Below are positions 1 through 7,959 of a stretch of 36,308 nucleotides of DNA, piece by piece. The DNA lies in the NCBI GenBank assembly GCA_050173015.1, contig JBFXLE010000032.1, positions 1 through 36,308 of the forward strand, given 5' to 3'. Below the pieces are notes generated by a model. The model saw only the letters and a list, made by a program, of their open reading frames with translations. It had not been told where the DNA came from and made no database searches. This DNA comes from Calditrichaceae bacterium. Lineage in GTDB: Bacteria; Calditrichota; Calditrichia; Calditrichales; JBFXGD01. The translations under genes were made by a program, and so were the position numbers. The stretch's first letter is position 1. The number at the start of each line of letters is the position of its first letter.

Positions 1-113
1 TGATTCAAATCAATTTATTTGAACGAAAACCGCTTGCGGAGATTTTCAAAGAACCAAAATATGAACCGCCAGACCACCAATTAAATAATCAAACCTGGTT
101 GTTCAATTTTTAA
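1..113 (+). CDS. C-terminal fragment of a probable IS4-family (DUF4372-type) transposase, truncated by the window edge
   Basis: Frame from nt 3 reads IQINLFERKPLAEIFKEPKYEPPDHQLNNQTWLFNF*, with TAA at 111-113. This resembles the 'NLFE(R/K)...NQLxLF' tail of these transposases and is directly followed by a typical terminal sequence. Not in the ORF track. Confidence 0.65.
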   Translation, partial: IQINLFERKPLAEIFKEPKYEPPDHQLNNQTWLFNF

Positions 114-126
114 CCGGACACTAATG
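110..126. mobile_element. Right terminal inverted repeat of an IS4-family element (TTAACCGGACACTAATG)
   Basis: Overlaps the transposase stop codon and resembles the 'TTAACCGGACACTAGTG' ends of this IS group. The left end is outside the window. Confidence 0.6.
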
Positions 127-184
127 AAATGCTTTAAAATTTTTTCAAAATGGAAAAATAATTTGACAATAGAATGGATTAGAG

Positions 185-226
185 AAAAAAAACCCGACTC
201 AAGGCCGGATGAGGCCAAGGCCGGGT
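185..226 (-). terminator. Rho-independent terminator of the tracrRNA
   Basis: ACCCGGCC-TT-GGCC-TCATCC-GGCC-TT-GAGTCGGG followed by TTTTTTTT on the minus strand. Confidence 0.85.
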
Positions 227-291
227 GAGGCTTTCGCCTGCGTGACTTAATCCTTATTGTAGATCGTCTCGCAAGATTGGGTTTGATTTGT
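185..291 (-). ncRNA. tracrRNA (~105 nt)
   Basis: Minus strand carries anti-repeat AAACCCAATCTTG-C-GAGAC-GAT-CTACAAT (284-256), which pairs with repeat nt 1-28 (7-bp lower stem, 3x3 loop, upper stem with 13 perfect bp). It is followed by an AAGG nexus start, an AGGC-GAAA-GCCT hairpin (239-228), and a GC-rich hairpin plus U8 (192-185). Confidence 0.92.
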
Positions 292-319
292 TGACATATT
301 ATAAATAAATAATTAATTT
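291..319 (+). promoter_or_regulatory. Putative cas9 promoter overlapping the divergent tracrRNA promoter
   Basis: TTGACA (291-296), 17 nt, TAATTT (314-319). The region is very AT-rich, so the -10 assignment is uncertain. Confidence 0.5.
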
Positions 320-326
320 AATGCAA
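298..326 (-). promoter_or_regulatory. Sigma70-type promoter of the tracrRNA
   Basis: Minus strand TTGCAT (326-321), 17 nt, TATAAT (303-298). The predicted TSS near 291 lies just upstream of the anti-repeat. Confidence 0.75.
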
Positions 327-426
327 GCTTTTTTATCGCCGTTAGCAATTATCCAAAACACTTTCAATCAATGTATGAAAAATTTTATACTACTTTAAAA
401 TATTTATATGCTTAAGGAGATAGCTC

Positions 427-3414
427 ATGGCAAATATTTTAGGTTTAGATCTTGGTGCTAATTCAATTGGGTGGGCTCTGATTAATGATACCGATTCAAG
501 AATTATCGCTACTGGAGTGAGGGTATTTCCGGAAGGGGTGGAAAGATCGGGTAACAAGAGTGAAGAATCTAGAAATGCTAAAAGACGCCAGGCCAGACTC
601 ATTCGCAGGAATCTTGCCAGAAAGCGCAGCCGCAGAGATTTTCTTATTAAAAAATTAAAAACTTATAAAATGTTCCCAAATGATAATTCGGAATTAGAAA
701 AATTCTTTAAAATGGATCCATATGAAATTAGAGAGAAAGCAATCATTCAAAAGATAAGTCTATTAGAGTTAGGGAGAGCTTTATATCATATAAATTTAAG
801 ACGGGGATTTTTATCAAACAGAAAGATGAACAATGATGAAAATAATAAGATATATAAAGGGAGTGAAGGTAAAATAGGCATAACAGAAACCCAGAGAGCC
901 ATTATTGACCATAATGCCTTAACCTTGGGCCAATATCTGGCCGGTTTAAACCCACACGAGGAAAGACGGAGAAACAGATATACTCTAAGAGATATGTATA
1001 ATAATGAATTTAATCAAATTTGGGAGAAACAGACTGAATTCTATAATGATTTTCTAACTGATGAAATGAAGACTGTATTGGAAAACGCTATATTCTTTCA
1101 ACGTAAAATGCGCTCACAAAAGCATCTTATAGGTACTTGTACATTCGAAAGAAGTAAAAAAACGACGCCGAAAAGTTCTCCTTTCTTTCAGTATTTCCGA
1201 ATTCTGGAACAAGTTAATAATTTGAGACTAACGGTAGGGAACCGTTTTAATGAGCCTCTAACAGAAGATGAACGTGTAAAATTAATAACAGAATTGAAAA
1301 TTAAAAAAGAAATTAAATTTACGGGAAAAAATAAATTAGCCACAATATTAGATTTGCCCGAAGATACAATTTTTAATCTTACAGCGCTTGGGAAACTAAT
1401 GGGCGATACGACAAGTGTAGCAATATCTAAAGTTTTCGGACAGCTAGAATGGGAGAAAAAAACAGATAGAGAAAAATTAGAAATTTGGCATGTAATTCAT
1501 TCTGCCAACGAGGATAAATGGCTAGAAAAATATGCCAAAAAGAAATGGAATTTAGATGATGATTCCATTAAAAAGCTATTAAAAGTATCGCTTGAAAAAG
1601 GATATGGAAGATTAAGCCGCAAGGCAATCGAAAAAATGATTCCGTTTTTGGAAAAAGGATTAACTTATGATGATGCGGCCAAAGAAGCTGGTTATCACCA
1701 TAGCAAGCTAATGAATCCAGATAGTCATAAAGAGCAGCTTCCTGAACCTGAAAATTTAAGAAATCCCATTGTACAACAGGCCTTATACCAGGTTCGAAAC
1801 GTAATAAATGCGATTATTGTAAAATATGGTAAACCGGATATAGTGCGTGTTGAACTAGCAAGAGAATTAAAACTTCCCAAAAAACGGCGAGAAGAGATAC
1901 ATAAAGAAAATGCGCAGCGAGAAAATAAAGCCTCTGAAATAAGAAAAATTCTGCAAAATGATATTGGGATTAAATATCCTTCCCGGGATGATATTCAAAA
2001 ATATCTGCTTTGGGAAGAATGTGATAAAACATGTCCATACACGGCAAAAAAAATTTCTCTTGCCGCGCTATTCAATGGTGATTTTGAAATTGAACATATT
2101 ATTCCTTATAGCAGGAGCCTTGATGACTCGCTCGCTAACAAGACTCTTTGCTTCAAATCGGAAAATTTAATAAAAAGCAACAAGACACCATATGAAGCAT
2201 ATGGGCATGACCAAGCGCGTTATCAGGAAATTGTTGACCGTGTTAAAAAATTTAATCATCGTGGAAAATTAAAAAAATTCTTGTTGCGTGATACAGAAAA
2301 AGTTTTAAAAGATGAATTCTTAAACAGGCATTTAAATGATACAGCATATATAAGCAGGTCCGTACATAATTACTTAAAAAAAGTATTTTTAAAAGTGCAG
2401 GTGGCAAAAGGTGGATCGACTGCCATTCTAAGAAAATTGTGGGGATTAAATTCAATATTATCCCAAGACGCGGATGTGAAAAATCGCTTTGACCATCGAC
2501 ATCATTCCGTTGATGCTCTTGTTGTAGCCTGTACTAACATTCGTGTTTTACAAATCCTCAGCACACATCATGCTTCTCATCGTCGATTTAATAGAGAAGT
2601 GTTTCCGGCTCCATGGAAGGATTTTAGACGGCAAGCGGGAGCAGCACTTAATGCTATCCTTGTTTCTCATAAATTTAGAAACCGCGTAAGAGGGTCTTTA
2701 CATAACGAAACATACTATGGTCGAATAAAGGATAATGATGGCAATTATGTTTTTGTAGTTAGAAAAAAACTTGAGCAGCTGACATCAAAAATGTTGCAAG
2801 ACATTGTGGATGAAAGATCGAAGGAAGCGATACATAGCAGGATAACAGATTTCGGTTTTGATCCCGCTACAGTCAAATCTTTCCCAAAAGAAGCATTGAA
2901 AACTCCAATTTTGCACCCTGTCACAGGTCTTCCCATCAAAAAAGTGCGGGTTAAAATACCATCTTGTACGATGCGGCAATTATATAAAGACCGCAATGTT
3001 TATGTGGAACCGGGTGGGAACCATCATATAGAAATATTTGAAAATCCGGAAACCGGGGTGAGAATTGGGAAAGTTGTTACACTATTTGATGCAGTCCAGC
3101 GAAAGAAACAAGGCCTCCCTATAATTAATAAAGAGAATGTTGATGGCTTTTATTTTAAACTGGATTTGGCAATTAATGAGATGATCTTGCTTAATGAGGA
3201 AGACAATGGTGATGGCAATAGCAAAGTTATTAGTGATCGCTTGTATCGGGTGCAAAAGATTTCACAGGGGGGCCCAAAAATTACCTTTAGGAAACATAAT
3301 TTAAGTTATTCCGGGGACGGCGATCCTGGTGTGTTACGTAGAACCCCATCAACTTTAATGGCATCTAAAGTGAGAATAGACATATTAGGGGAATTAGTGC
3401 AAGAAAATGATTAA
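427..3414 (+). CDS. cas9: Type II-C CRISPR endonuclease Cas9, compact (995 aa)
   Basis: RuvC-I ILGLDLGANSIGWA, Arg-rich bridge helix RNAKRRQARLIRRNLARKRSRR, RuvC-II VRVELARE, HNH CPYT...EIEHIIPYSRSLDDSLANK...N..K, RuvC-III DHRHHSVDALVVA. RBS AAGGAG upstream. Confidence 0.98.
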   Translation: MANILGLDLGANSIGWALINDTDSRIIATGVRVFPEGVERSGNKSEESRNAKRRQARLIRRNLARKRSRRDFLIKKLKTYKMFPNDNSELEKFFKMDPYEIREKAIIQKISLLELGRALYHINLRRGFLSNRKMNNDENNKIYKGSEGKIGITETQRAIIDHNALTLGQYLAGLNPHEERRRNRYTLRDMYNNEFNQIWEKQTEFYNDFLTDEMKTVLENAIFFQRKMRSQKHLIGTCTFERSKKTTPKSSPFFQYFRILEQVNNLRLTVGNRFNEPLTEDERVKLITELKIKKEIKFTGKNKLATILDLPEDTIFNLTALGKLMGDTTSVAISKVFGQLEWEKKTDREKLEIWHVIHSANEDKWLEKYAKKKWNLDDDSIKKLLKVSLEKGYGRLSRKAIEKMIPFLEKGLTYDDAAKEAGYHHSKLMNPDSHKEQLPEPENLRNPIVQQALYQVRNVINAIIVKYGKPDIVRVELARELKLPKKRREEIHKENAQRENKASEIRKILQNDIGIKYPSRDDIQKYLLWEECDKTCPYTAKKISLAALFNGDFEIEHIIPYSRSLDDSLANKTLCFKSENLIKSNKTPYEAYGHDQARYQEIVDRVKKFNHRGKLKKFLLRDTEKVLKDEFLNRHLNDTAYISRSVHNYLKKVFLKVQVAKGGSTAILRKLWGLNSILSQDADVKNRFDHRHHSVDALVVACTNIRVLQILSTHHASHRRFNREVFPAPWKDFRRQAGAALNAILVSHKFRNRVRGSLHNETYYGRIKDNDGNYVFVVRKKLEQLTSKMLQDIVDERSKEAIHSRITDFGFDPATVKSFPKEALKTPILHPVTGLPIKKVRVKIPSCTMRQLYKDRNVYVEPGGNHHIEIFENPETGVRIGKVVTLFDAVQRKKQGLPIINKENVDGFYFKLDLAINEMILLNEEDNGDGNSKVISDRLYRVQKISQGGPKITFRKHNLSYSGDGDPGVLRRTPSTLMASKVRIDILGELVQEND

Positions 3415-4294
3415 AAAAACACTTTATTTTGGCAATACAGCCGTACTCAGGATAAAAGACCGTCAACTTAGGATCATACGCCCGGAGCATGATGATGTAA
3501 CAGTACCATTGGAAGACATAGGGGTGATTATGTTAGATCATTATGGTATATCCGTTTCACATGGCGTTCTTTCCTCCTGCATGGAATATAAAATTGCCCT
3601 GATAAATACCAATGAGCGACATATGCCGGCGGGATTATTAATGCCACTTTCAGGAAACGTTGAACAGGGTGAACGGTTTATAGCGCAAACCGGTGTTGGG
3701 CAGGCGTTAAAGAACAATCTTTGGCAACAAATAATAAAAGCAAAAATTCGCAATCAGGCCGGAATATTAAAGCAGTTGAATCTCCCATACGAACCGTTAA
3801 TAAAAATGTCAAAGGAAGTGATGACCCGCGATCGCACGAATCGTGAATCATTGGCTGCTCGGTTCTATTGGGAGAACTTGTTTCATCCGAGTGAATTTCG
3901 GAGAAACAGAGAAGGAAAACCGCCAAACAATTTACTTAATTTTGGATATGCAATTTTACGCGCGGTGGTTGCACGTTCTCTTATAAGTACGGGATTATTA
4001 CCGACATTGGGAATTTTTCATCGTAACCGTTATAATGCATTCCCGTTAGCGGATGATATTATGGAGCCATTCCGTCCATTTGTGGATATAGTTGTGCGTG
4101 AATTGGCGGAAGAAGAATTAGAGTTGAGCAGGATCGATAATAATATCAGGAATCGATTGTTAGAGATACAGGCCATGCCTGTCTTAATGGAAAAAGAGGT
4201 TCGTCCCCTAATGTTGGCAGCTGATAGAACTTGTTCTTCACTAATGCAATGCTTTAAGGGATTAAGGAAGAAGTTGGTTTGTCCGGAAGTATGA
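3407..4294 (+). CDS. cas1: Type II CRISPR integrase Cas1
   Basis: VPLEDIG, LWQQIIKAKIRNQ, NRE..AAR.YW, NNLLNFGYAILR, GIFHRNRYNAFPLADDIMEPFRP. Overlaps the cas9 stop. Confidence 0.97.
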   Translation: MIKKTLYFGNTAVLRIKDRQLRIIRPEHDDVTVPLEDIGVIMLDHYGISVSHGVLSSCMEYKIALINTNERHMPAGLLMPLSGNVEQGERFIAQTGVGQALKNNLWQQIIKAKIRNQAGILKQLNLPYEPLIKMSKEVMTRDRTNRESLAARFYWENLFHPSEFRRNREGKPPNNLLNFGYAILRAVVARSLISTGLLPTLGIFHRNRYNAFPLADDIMEPFRPFVDIVVRELAEEELELSRIDNNIRNRLLEIQAMPVLMEKEVRPLMLAADRTCSSLMQCFKGLRKKLVCPEV

Positions 4295-4620
4295 GGTTAA
4301 ATCCATATCGAATTATGTGGTTACTCGTGTTTTTTGATTTGCCGGTCGTAAAAGACAAAGACCGGAAAGCGTATACAAAATTTCGCAAAAAATTGATGCA
4401 GGATGGATTTACGCAAATGCAATACTCCGTCTATTTGCGTCATTGTGCCAGTCGTGAGAACGCGGAAGTTCATATAAAAAGAGTAAAATCTTTCTTGCCT
4501 CCAAAAGGAGTAGTGAGCATCCTGCGGGTAACCGATAAACAATTTGGAATGATTGAATCATTTATAAGCAGAGAGCCGATAGATCCACCGGCATCCGGCC
4601 AGCAACTTGAATTGTTTTAA
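4291..4620 (+). CDS. cas2: CRISPR-associated Cas2 (ATG at 4291 preferred over TTG at 4279)
   Basis: MWLLVFFDLPV...YTKFRKKLMQDGFTQMQYSVYLR, VTDKQF, C-terminal QLELF. ATGA overlap with the cas1 stop. Confidence 0.97.
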   Translation: MRLNPYRIMWLLVFFDLPVVKDKDRKAYTKFRKKLMQDGFTQMQYSVYLRHCASRENAEVHIKRVKSFLPPKGVVSILRVTDKQFGMIESFISREPIDPPASGQQLELF

Positions 4621-4649
4621 AAAAACGCATAATATACCATATAAAAATA

Positions 4650-4681
4650 CAAAACGGAGCAAAATTTTTTGCTCCGTTTTG
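4650..4681. terminator. Bidirectional terminator between cas2 and the convergent CRISPR array
   Basis: Perfect inverted repeat CAAAACGGAGCAAAA-TT-TTTTGCTCCGTTTTG. Confidence 0.8.
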
Positions 4682-4721
4682 CAATTAAATGTCTGTATAT
4701 TAAAAGTTTATACAAACATAT

Positions 4722-6405
4722 AATTTAATAAACCCAATCTTGAAAACCTACTACAACCAAAACTCATAACCAACCTTATGCCTGCTCAATTTAATAAACC
4801 CAATCTTGAAAACCTACTACAACGGATTGCCGTCATCATACAATACCAGTACAATTTAATAAACCCAATCTTGAAAACCTACTACAACCCGCCGTTATCA
4901 ATAGCCCTACATACATCGAATTTAATAAACCCAATCTTGAAAACCTACTACAACTTGTACTTGTATGTTATGCCGGCTCTGTTCAATTTAATAAACCCAA
5001 TCTTGAAAACCTACTACAACTGACATTCATGAACGCGCTCGTTCACCGAGAATTTAATAAACCCAATCTTGAAAACCTACTACAACCGTTGCGGTCACGG
5101 TTCGACAAGTATTGTAATTTAATAAACCCAATCTTGAAAACCTACTACAACTGCGTGTAGGGCTGGCTCCTGAACAAGGCAAATTTAATAAACCCAATCT
5201 TGAAAACCTACTACAACCAGAATCGCTTTTATCTCACTTTGAATCGATAATTTAATAAACCCAATCTTGAAAACCTACTACAACCGGTCATTGTCGTTGG
5301 AATCATATTTTTGAATTTAATAAACCCAATCTTGAAAACCTACTACAACTCCAGCTGACAGTCATACCACCCCGGCGTAAATTTAATAAACCCAATCTTG
5401 AAAACCTACTACAACGTAACCGCGCTAGGACTCGCGTTCGCGAGCAATTTAATAAACCCAATCTTGAAAACCTACTACAACTTACACTGCCTGTTTATGA
5501 TGATTATTTTAATTTAATAAACCCAATCTTGAAAACCTACTACAACAGCCTGTGATCCCTGATCCCTGATCCCTGAAATTTAATAAACCCAATCTTGAAA
5601 ACCTACTACAACTAGCGAACCAGCCTCAGTTGCACCAGCAAAAATTTAATAAACCCAATCTTGAAAACCTACTACAACTAGTTTGCATTAATTCACCGTT
5701 ATTTAATCTAATTTAATAAACCCAATCTTGAAAACCTACTACAACAAATATCTTGAAATCGCGTTCGATCGATTTAATTTAATAAACCCAATCTTGAAAA
5801 CCTACTACAACCGTGGAGATGTTAGGATCTAACGACACCTCAATTTAATAAACCCAATCTTGAAAACCTACTACAACTTGTAGTCTTCCCAGAATCTTGT
5901 AAGAAGAAATTTAATAAACCCAATCTTGAAAACCTACTACAACGTTGAGGGCTTGATTCATAGCTCTCTCAATAATTTAGTAAACCCAATCTTGAAAACC
6001 TACTACAACCAATGCGGGCGTTGAAGATGGTTAGTGCCAAATTTAATAAACCCAATCTTGAAAACCTACTACAACCCGTCATCCGCGCTAATCGTCACCC
6101 GCGAAAATTTAATAAACCCAATCTTGAAAACCTACTACAACAAGTACAACATTCTTTTCCCGGTCGGTAACAATTTAATAAACCCAATCTTGAAAACCTA
6201 CTACAACTCCAGCGATGCGTTTATACGCCGTTCATTCAATTTAATAAACCCAATCTTGAAAACCTACTACAACGAGCAAGAAGAACAGAAGCCAGAAACA
6301 CAGAATTTAATAAACCCAATCTTGAAAACCTACTACAACCCGATCAGTTTGGGTTTATCGGAATTTCTCAATTTAATAAACCCAATCTTGAAAACCTACT
6401 ACAAT
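4722..6405 (-). CRISPR. CRISPR array, 26 repeats (36 nt) and 25 spacers (29-31 nt). Repeat as transcribed: GTTGTAGTAGGTTTTCAAGATTGGGTTTATTAAATT
   Basis: Plus-strand unit AATTTAATAAACCCAATCTTGAAAACCTACTACAAC counted 26 times. Variants are repeat 20 (A>G at 5980) and terminal repeat 26 (C>T at 6405). Orientation follows from complementarity to the tracrRNA. Confidence 0.98.
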
Positions 6406-6445
6406 AACTTTTCGTAGGTTAGATTGCAAAATTAAAATAATTCTC

Positions 6446-6474
6446 TTGACATGCGGAAACGTATGCTTTATACT
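6446..6474 (+). promoter_or_regulatory. Sigma70 promoter of the 14-gene operon
   Basis: TTGACA (6446-6451), 17 nt, TATACT (6469-6474); TSS near 6481. Confidence 0.8.
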
Positions 6475-6482
6475 TAACTTCA

Positions 6483-6512
6483 GTTGTACGGACAACCACA
6501 CAACCGTACAAC
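6483..6512. promoter_or_regulatory. Putative GntR/HutC-type operator plus a second half-site
   Basis: Palindrome GTTGT-ACGG-ACAAC (6483-6496) directly after the TSS. CCGTACAAC (6504-6512) is the exact reverse complement of GTTGTACGG (6483-6491). Confidence 0.65.
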
Positions 6513-6534
6513 CGGAAATTATCTGGAGAATGAC

Positions 6535-7929
6535 ATGAAATTTAATCGAACGGGACTCGTATTAACTGCCATTTTTTTTCTCCCCGCTCTCTTGTTTTGC
6601 TCAAAACCCCCGCTTATTTCCGGGGATACCCTCACTATTGGATTGATTGGTGATCAGACCGGGTCATATGACCTTTCCGCGACTTATCAAATAATGGAAA
6701 AGGCGGTCGAACAGATGGATGCTAAAAATCCCGATCTCGTGCTGCATGTGGGTGATCTGGTTGAAAGCATCAGGGGAATCAACTCATTTGAAGATTATAA
6801 ATCGAATTTTGACCATGCGGTAAAAATACTAAACCGTCTGAACGCGCCCTGGTATCTCACCGCCGGTGATCATGATGTGGTACCTCCGGTTTATCAGGCC
6901 GGATCAGGCGACCGGTCAAGGGAAGAATGGTTCAAAAAACTGTGTTCAGCCGCCGGTTTACCCATAAAGAATCAATTATATTATAGTTTTGACTTCAATA
7001 ATTATCATTTTATCTCTCTTTACTCTCTTGAAAATTTGCATACTGATCCCAGATGGGGTCCCATTTTTTTGAATCAGTTGTCTGAGGAGCAAATCGCATG
7101 GCTGAGAAATGATCTGGAAGCGCGAAAGAGCGCGCGGGGGATCATAGTCCTTGTGCATCAGCCTCACTGGTATGTCTGGTCGAACTGGTCGGAAATTCAT
7201 GAAATACTCAGGCAATATCCAGTCGCGGCAGTCATTGCCGGACATTTTCATTATGACCAGGATGACGGCCTGATCGATCAGATAAGATACCTGGTGATGG
7301 GCGCTACCGGAGGTGTCGTTAAAAATATGGATCCCAATTCCGGCGGCTCATCTCAATTCGCTACCCTTAAGCTGTATAAGAACAAGGTCACTGATATAAA
7401 ATTATTTGATCTTTCATCGGGAGAATCCCTCGAGCTGACGCCGCGCAAGACCATGGACCGTCTGCAGGCGCTCTCCTGTATGCTAGATAATGTTTTTATG
7501 GATGAAAATATTGGCCATAAGAGTGGACAGCTCTACTCCATTACGGACGAAAATCAACACAGTCCGTTAAAACAGATCGGGCTTGAATCACTCGCGAATC
7601 CGATCGATTTACCGATTCGAATTGAAATAAACGCGGATCGGGATATTCTTCAAAACGCGCGTTGGATCCGTTCAGGAAAGTCTCTGCCGGGTTCGTCTGT
7701 CATGGAATTGATGCCCGGTGAAAGAACCGGCTGGGCGAATTATACCAGTGTGGGGCAATGGGTAAAACCGGATCCTTTGTGGGTTTGCGATCTTACAGAT
7801 AATCCGGAAAGATTGAAGAATTTGACCAGTATCGCGGTAAAGATAAAAATATCATTTAGTGATCGGGGTGAGCGCTGGGTTGAATCAACCGCCCGCTTTC
7901 CCGTAAAAAAAATCGAAGATAATTTATGA
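6535..7929 (+). CDS. Calcineurin-like metallophosphoesterase, probable lipoprotein, with an unknown C-terminal domain
   Basis: ATG 6535 after GGAG. Signal MKFNRTGLVLTAIFFLPALLFC (lipobox-like Cys). Motifs IGDQ, HVGDLV, GDHD, VHQP, AGHFH. Confidence 0.85.
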   Translation: MKFNRTGLVLTAIFFLPALLFCSKPPLISGDTLTIGLIGDQTGSYDLSATYQIMEKAVEQMDAKNPDLVLHVGDLVESIRGINSFEDYKSNFDHAVKILNRLNAPWYLTAGDHDVVPPVYQAGSGDRSREEWFKKLCSAAGLPIKNQLYYSFDFNNYHFISLYSLENLHTDPRWGPIFLNQLSEEQIAWLRNDLEARKSARGIIVLVHQPHWYVWSNWSEIHEILRQYPVAAVIAGHFHYDQDDGLIDQIRYLVMGATGGVVKNMDPNSGGSSQFATLKLYKNKVTDIKLFDLSSGESLELTPRKTMDRLQALSCMLDNVFMDENIGHKSGQLYSITDENQHSPLKQIGLESLANPIDLPIRIEINADRDILQNARWIRSGKSLPGSSVMELMPGERTGWANYTSVGQWVKPDPLWVCDLTDNPERLKNLTSIAVKIKISFSDRGERWVESTARFPVKKIEDNL

Positions 7930-7959
7930 CCGGGTTTTAATTTATTCAGGATAGGTTCA

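Noticed and set aside
5679-5709. Spacer 15 partially matches the cas9/tracr promoter (TTAATGCAA, 318-326), suggesting autoregulation
   Set aside because: Only 9 contiguous nt match, in very AT-rich DNA, with mismatches at PAM-proximal positions 1 and 4. Probably chance.
5746-5907. Spacers 16 and 18 share 7-9-nt words with the repeat (ATCTTGAAA; TTGTAGT)
   Set aside because: Short, isolated matches without the extended pairing seen for spacer 25.
4778-6417. ORFs 4778..5023 and 6034..6417 with repeated NLINPILKTYYN
   Set aside because: These are translations of the CRISPR repeat (66-nt period, one stop-free frame). They have no RBS and are antisense to the crRNA.
6483-6496. GTTGTA... as a degenerate CRISPR repeat or scaRNA
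   Set aside because: Only 6 nt match the repeat start. It is better explained as a palindromic operator.
6484-6534. TTG-started N-terminal extension of the phosphoesterase ORF
   Set aside because: It overlaps the TSS and operator. ATG 6535 has an RBS and puts the signal peptide at the N-terminus.
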